DNA from: an uncultured Candidatus Saccharibacteria bacterium
GTDB lineage: Bacteria > Patescibacteriota > Minisyncoccia > Phycocordibacterales > UBA9973
Direction: 5' to 3'
DNA: 36,330 nucleotides
Assembly (NCBI GenBank): GCA_964443635.1
Contig: CAYUDJ010000002.1
Location: forward strand, 6,565-42,894
How positions within the stretch are numbered: position 1 is the stretch's first letter; every line of letters starts with the position of its first letter. The position numbers were made by a program, and so were the translations under genes. This document shows positions 31,935 to 36,330 of the stretch, piece after piece. Below the pieces are notes generated by a model. It saw nothing but the letters and a program-made list of their open reading frames with translations. It was not told the origin of the DNA and made no database searches.

Positions 31935-34355
31935 TTATGCTTTGACTGTAATACGAATACGGCGGAAGAAAAATACCTTTACGAGCTCAATCGATGCGAA
32001 GTACGCGAGACTGATACCAATAATTGTTGCAATGATGAATCCTGGTACCGGAGTGAATCCAAAATATGTACCGAGTTGTGAGAGTGCGATACTCCACGCA
32101 ATGATAGTCGTGAGGAATGCAGCGCCGATTACCAAACGATGCGGACGACTCACCTTCCAGACGGCATGCGCAGTACGGATAAAGAAGACCGCAAATACCT
32201 GAGAGAAGAATGACTGCATAAACCAAGCGGTTTGGAATCCGCTCGCACCGAGATGATAGAGCTTGTACAAGACAAAGAATACGAAGAAGTCGAATACTGA
32301 ACTGAGCAAACCAAATACAATCATGAACCGTTCGAGTGCCTTGATGTCCCACGGGCTCGGACGGTTGAGCACATGCTCGTCGACGTGATCAGCAATGAGC
32401 GCAATCTGCGCAGATTCGTAGAGCAAGTTATTCAAAAGAATCTGAGTTGGCAGCATTGGCAAGTACGGCAGTACAAGCGACGCACCGGTCATTGATATCA
32501 TATTGCCGAAGTTTGATGACACTGCCATCGATATATATTTCTGTGTATTTGCAAATGTCTTTCGTCCTTCCTTCACTCCTTGTACCAAGTGGTCGAGGTC
32601 TTTGGTCGTCAGCACAATGTCCGCACTTTCCTTTGCAACATCGAGTGCGTTGTCGACTGAGATGCCCACGTCCGCACTACGCAATGCTGGCGCATCATTA
32701 ATACCATCTCCCATATAGCCGATCGTATGACCTCGAGCCTGGAGCGCACGGATGATGCGGTTTTTCTGAATCGGGGTCACTCGAGAAAATATAGTCGTTT
32801 CTTCTGCGCGGACCTGGAGTGCCTCGTCAGGCATCGTCTCAATCTCTACCCCATCAAGCGTGCCTTTTGAAATGAGCCCTACTTCGCGCACAATATGCTC
32901 AGCAACGAGTCGATGATCTCCGGTGATTACTTTTACCTCAATATTTTTGCGACAAAGTTCCTCAAGGATACGCTTCGCATTTTCTTTTGGTGGATCAATG
33001 AATGCAATGAAGCCTGCAAATGCTAAATCATGCTCATCGGCAACAGTATAGGTATCTTTTGTTGAAACAATACCCGTTGCAACCGCAATCACACGATACC
33101 CTTCTGCTGACAATGACTCAAAGAGTGCAAGTGCAACAGTCTTTGCAGCAGTATCAATACGACACACACCAAGCACTGCTTCAGGGGCACCCTTGGTGAT
33201 GAGCTGGGGTTCGTTCATACCCTTTCGAACAATCATACTGTCCCGACGTCGCTCAAAGTCAAAAGGAATTTCATGAACCTTTTCATACGTATCAGTTGCA
33301 AACGTTTCGCCCTCAATAATAGCAGTATCTAGTGGTGTCTTTGCAGAACCTTTCAATACACTTGATATGTACGCCGCTTCAAGGACTTGTTGTGACGTTG
33401 CACCGGCACCATCGACATATTTAACCAATACGATACGGTCTTCAGTGAGCGTACCAGTTTTATCAGTACACAATATGTCCATTGAACCAAAGTTCTCGAT
33501 TGCCGAAAGCTTTTTCACAATGACGCCTTTTTTCGCCATACGAAGAGATGCACGCGAGAGATTTACTGCAATGATGACCGGCAGCAAATCAGGTGTGAGC
33601 CCTACAGCGAGAGCCAGTGAAAAAATAAGAGATGAGAGAATATCATGCTTAAGATATGCATTGATCAAAAAAATAATAATGACCAATATAAGAATCACTC
33701 GAGTGAGCAATATACTGAAACGGCGAATACCTCGCTCAAATTCACTTGGCTGTTCTTTTTCGGTCAACAACAATGCAATACTTGCAAACTTCGTTGAGCG
33801 ACCGATCACCATGACTTCAAGCACTCCTTCTCCACTCACTACCCCACTACCCATGAACACATTGTCACCGACGCGTTTTTCAACGGGCAATGATTCACCA
33901 GTAAGAGCACTCTCATTCACATAAAGCGTGCCTGATGCACGGATAATCCCATCAGCAGGGATTACACTTCCTGCAGCAAGTACGACAATATCCCCCGGCA
34001 CGATTGTCTCGTGCGGTATTGAGACTACGACACCATCGCGAATGACGGTCGCTTTTGGTGAAACGCGAGACGCCAATGCCTGCGCCGCTTTTTGTGACTT
34101 GTATGAAATAACAAAATCAAGAATTGAACTCACTACCACAATACCGATAATGAGAATGCCACTGACTGTTGCGCCCGTTGATAGAGCGATTACCGCTGCA
34201 GTAAGCAACACTAGTACGAGCGGATTCTTGAACTCTGCCAGAAATGTGATAACAGCAGATTGCTTTCGTTCAGTCACTAGAATATTGCGACCAAACTTCT
34301 CTGCACGAACTACTGCGTCAGAGTTGGTGATGCCATGAAAGGTGCTGGTATCCAT
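31935..34355 (-). CDS. mgtA: P-type ATPase, Mg2+-transporting MgtA-like (type IIIB)
   Basis: 806 aa. It has LTGESLPVEK, the phosphorylation site CTDKTGTLTEDR, and MGDGINDAPALRSADVGISV. The C-terminal block RPSPWDIKALERFMIVFGLLSSVFDFFVF resembles the MgtA-specific region. Confidence 0.8.
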   Translation of the reverse strand: MDTSTFHGITNSDAVVRAEKFGRNILVTERKQSAVITFLAEFKNPLVLVLLTAAVIALSTGATVSGILIIGIVVVSSILDFVISYKSQKAAQALASRVSPKATVIRDGVVVSIPHETIVPGDIVVLAAGSVIPADGIIRASGTLYVNESALTGESLPVEKRVGDNVFMGSGVVSGEGVLEVMVIGRSTKFASIALLLTEKEQPSEFERGIRRFSILLTRVILILVIIIFLINAYLKHDILSSLIFSLALAVGLTPDLLPVIIAVNLSRASLRMAKKGVIVKKLSAIENFGSMDILCTDKTGTLTEDRIVLVKYVDGAGATSQQVLEAAYISSVLKGSAKTPLDTAIIEGETFATDTYEKVHEIPFDFERRRDSMIVRKGMNEPQLITKGAPEAVLGVCRIDTAAKTVALALFESLSAEGYRVIAVATGIVSTKDTYTVADEHDLAFAGFIAFIDPPKENAKRILEELCRKNIEVKVITGDHRLVAEHIVREVGLISKGTLDGVEIETMPDEALQVRAEETTIFSRVTPIQKNRIIRALQARGHTIGYMGDGINDAPALRSADVGISVDNALDVAKESADIVLTTKDLDHLVQGVKEGRKTFANTQKYISMAVSSNFGNMISMTGASLVLPYLPMLPTQILLNNLLYESAQIALIADHVDEHVLNRPSPWDIKALERFMIVFGLLSSVFDFFVFFVLYKLYHLGASGFQTAWFMQSFFSQVFAVFFIRTAHAVWKVSRPHRLVIGAAFLTTIIAWSIALSQLGTYFGFTPVPGFIIATIIGISLAYFASIELVKVFFFRRIRITVKA

Positions 34356-34361
34356 AGGAGG

Positions 34362-35018
34362 TTATGCGGTGGCAAGTTGGTGCGAAGGAGAATTGATCGC
34401 GCGTTTATCAGCTTCTACCATTTCAATCACCCGAGCAACCAGGCGCTTTGGATCACTATCAAAAATTATTTTATCTCCTGGACGATCGCTCTTTGCAATC
34501 ATATCCTTGATTTGTTCTGCCATGGTCCATGGACCTTCGAGTACACCAATCGGTCGCCCATCTTCAAATGCAATCGTAAACTCGTGAATAGTACCAATAC
34601 GTCCACAACCGATAAAAACAGCATCGCAACTACGGGTGAATATAATGTCACGCCCCGGAAACCCAAATCCGGTATAGATAATGAGATCCATATAATCCAC
34701 CGGGAGACGGTAGTTCTCTATGTGTTCTTTTTCAGTTGCTGCCGGAGAGAGTCCGATTGAAACACCGTGCTCTGCTTTTGCACCCATACATGACCATAAA
34801 GGAAACCCCGTCGTAGCGCCAGTTATCAGTATGCCACCTTGGCGGACAATCTCAGCACCGAGCTCTTTTGCTTTTTCAAGTGCATTGAGTCCACAATGCC
34901 CCGTCTCGGCAGCACCGGAGACCCCAAGCTTGAGCTTCAAATGCCCATGCTTATCATTATTTTCAAGTGGGCCGTTGTAACAGATGTATTGGTTTGTTGG
35001 TGTCGGTGTTGTATCCAT
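34362..35018 (-). CDS. LOG-family / TIGR00725-like Rossmann-fold protein
   Basis: 218 aa. It has LGVSGAAETG...AKELGAEIVRQGGILITGATTGFP...GVSIGLSP and CDAVFIGCGRIGTIHEFTIAF (cf. the LOG PGGxGTxxE motif). Confidence 0.65.
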   Translation of the reverse strand: MDTTPTPTNQYICYNGPLENNDKHGHLKLKLGVSGAAETGHCGLNALEKAKELGAEIVRQGGILITGATTGFPLWSCMGAKAEHGVSIGLSPAATEKEHIENYRLPVDYMDLIIYTGFGFPGRDIIFTRSCDAVFIGCGRIGTIHEFTIAFEDGRPIGVLEGPWTMAEQIKDMIAKSDRPGDKIIFDSDPKRLVARVIEMVEADKRAINSPSHQLATA

Positions 35019-35022
35019 TTTT

Positions 35023-36330
35023 TTAATTGCAATCCAATTCTACCACGTCATTTGCTTGTGGCGCGAAAGCCATGATGCCAAGTGTATCGCGCAGACGCTG
35101 GGTGAGAAACAGCGCCGATGCGGGTTCCCCCATGACAACAAACACTTTCTTCACGGTGTCTTGGACCTGTTCGACAAACTCCACCAAATGATCAGAGTCT
35201 TTGTGTCCAGAATATCCGTCGATAAATACGACATTGGCACGTACAGAAATACTTTGTCCATTAATATGCACTTCCTTTGCGCCTTCTTGGATTGCACGAC
35301 CCATCGTGCCCTGTGATTGATACCCGGTCAAGAGTAGCGTGTTGTTCGGGTCAGGTAAATAATGAGCCTCATGATGAAGCACACGCCCACCATTACTCAT
35401 CCCACTCCCCGCAATCACGATCTTTGGATTGGGTGCGTGGATGATATCTTTTGACTCTTCGGTGAGCAGTGTGGATTTGAGTCCCGGAAAATTAAAGATG
35501 TCGTCGCCATCCCCGATCTGCTTGCGCGCAAAGTCATTGAAATATCTCGTAAAGCCACCATATATTTTCGTCAGACGGATACCAAGTGGTGAATCAAAAA
35601 ATATCGGCATCTGCGGCACACGATCATGTTCAACGAGCTGATCGATTTCAAACAAGAGTTCTTGAGAACGCTCGAGTGAGAACGTCGGAATGATGAGTGT
35701 GCCCTTGCGGCGAAAGTTGTCCTCGATTGTCGCCTCAAGTTTGATACGCCGTTCGTTGCGGTTTGAGTGATTGCGGTCACCGTACACACTTTCCATGACC
35801 ATGTAGTCGACGTTTTTCAAACTTTCGGTGTCATTGAGTAACGGAGACGGTGAGTTTCCAAGATCCCCAGTAAAGATAATCTTTTTATTATTATATATAA
35901 TCTCGAGCATACCAGAGCCGAGAATGTGCCCCGCATCGCGGTATCGGAAAATGAAGGGACCAATCGCAAGGTCCTGATGATAATCAATGACCTTCCAACT
36001 TGAAAATACTTTTTCTAAAATTACAGGACTATATATTTTGCTGAGCAACTCATTTTCGCTATGCGAAAGAATATTCGCAGTATCATCAAGCATGAGCTTG
36101 GTTATATCCTTGGTAGGAATAGTCGAATAGATGGTACCCTTGAACCCATCATGAATAAGTTTTGGAATGCGGCCGATATGGTCGATATGTCCATGAGTAA
36201 TAAAAAGGTAGTCGATAGTTGCAGGGTCGTAGACAAATGGTTCCCAGTTCTGCTCATCCGCCATTTTTGTCCCCTGCGAGAGTCCGCAGTCGACGAGAAA
36301 CTTAATCCCTTCCGCTTCAACCAAAAAATT
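35023..36330 (-). CDS. MBL-fold beta-CASP family RNA-metabolising hydrolase (5' end outside window)
   Basis: It has the HxHxDH motif ITHGHIDHIGRIP, with GIKFLVDCGLSQG before it, and DYMVMESVYGDR, PTFSLERSQELL and GYSGHKDSD later on. Homologs have about 20 more N-terminal residues, so the true start probably lies beyond 36330. Confidence 0.8.
   Translation of the reverse strand, partial: NFLVEAEGIKFLVDCGLSQGTKMADEQNWEPFVYDPATIDYLFITHGHIDHIGRIPKLIHDGFKGTIYSTIPTKDITKLMLDDTANILSHSENELLSKIYSPVILEKVFSSWKVIDYHQDLAIGPFIFRYRDAGHILGSGMLEIIYNNKKIIFTGDLGNSPSPLLNDTESLKNVDYMVMESVYGDRNHSNRNERRIKLEATIEDNFRRKGTLIIPTFSLERSQELLFEIDQLVEHDRVPQMPIFFDSPLGIRLTKIYGGFTRYFNDFARKQIGDGDDIFNFPGLKSTLLTEESKDIIHAPNPKIVIAGSGMSNGGRVLHHEAHYLPDPNNTLLLTGYQSQGTMGRAIQEGAKEVHINGQSISVRANVVFIDGYSGHKDSDHLVEFVEQVQDTVKKVFVVMGEPASALFLTQRLRDTLGIMAFAPQANDVVELDCN

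Noticed and set aside
33367-34338. Plus-strand ORFs 33367-33924 (185 aa) and 33928-34338 (136 aa) inside the P-type ATPase gene.
   Set aside because: These are shadow ORFs on the opposite strand of a clearly conserved ATPase. Their composition is Ser/Thr/Arg-rich with no recognisable domains. The same reasoning applies to 1306-1767, 4190-4612, 4361-4768, 20743-21168, 21557-22003, 22826-23320 and the many 60-120-aa ORFs inside ileS, glyQS and metG.
1-36330. CRISPR arrays, transposases or integrases, prophage genes, toxin-antitoxin pairs, and alternative genetic code (UGA recoding as in some CPR lineages).
   Set aside because: I saw no regularly spaced direct repeats and no recombinase-like ORFs. 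TGA clearly terminates ftsK (12349-12351) and the GT11 gene (2147-2149), and all long conserved ORFs are intact under code 11.

Overview
This 36.3-kb window is a gene-dense, streamlined bacterial chromosome segment that reads cleanly in the standard code (TGA is used as a stop). I infer a Patescibacteria/CPR-like genome from gene content and architecture, without a search. I count about 33 CDS and saw no rRNA, tRNA, CRISPR array, transposase or integrase.

Layout:
- 80-5145: a surface-glycan locus with two GT11 fucosyltransferase paralogs, a GT4, a TPR protein and an O-antigen-ligase-family membrane protein. The minus-strand genes overlap each other.
- 5222-8795: three monocistronic exported or anchored proteins, each with its own hairpin terminator. 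Two have poly-Thr linkers and one has a peptidoglycan-binding domain.
- 8796-9367: an unusually long 572-bp non-coding gap rich in tetraloop-capped hairpins.
- 9368-15135: an HTH regulator, ftsK, a small anchored protein, recA, an orphan ORF and efp.
- 15178-16136: two small exported proteins.
- 16270-27000: a ~10.7-kb co-directional minus-strand string with single-digit spacers: recO-like, 629-aa repeat protein, glyQS, M16 peptidase, AI-2E transporter, metG, AT-rich ORFan, tatD, rpsF, ssb, rpsR.
- 27471-36330: a second minus-strand string: beta-CASP MBL nuclease (5' partial), LOG/TIGR00725-like, MgtA-like P-type ATPase, ileS, small membrane protein, S51 peptidase.

The most notable observation is in ileS. 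It carries an in-frame ~200-aa insertion with all signature motifs of the histidine-phosphatase (phosphoglycerate-mutase-like) superfamily, placed between the two halves of the catalytic Rossmann fold.

Secondary leads:
- A possible protein O-glycosylation module next to the poly-Thr surface proteins.
- The structured 572-bp gap.
- Lineage-specific ORFs wedged into the conserved metG-tatD and recO-glyS neighbourhoods.
- An EF-P lacking the canonical KPGKG loop.

All family calls come from motif recognition by eye; no database search was run.
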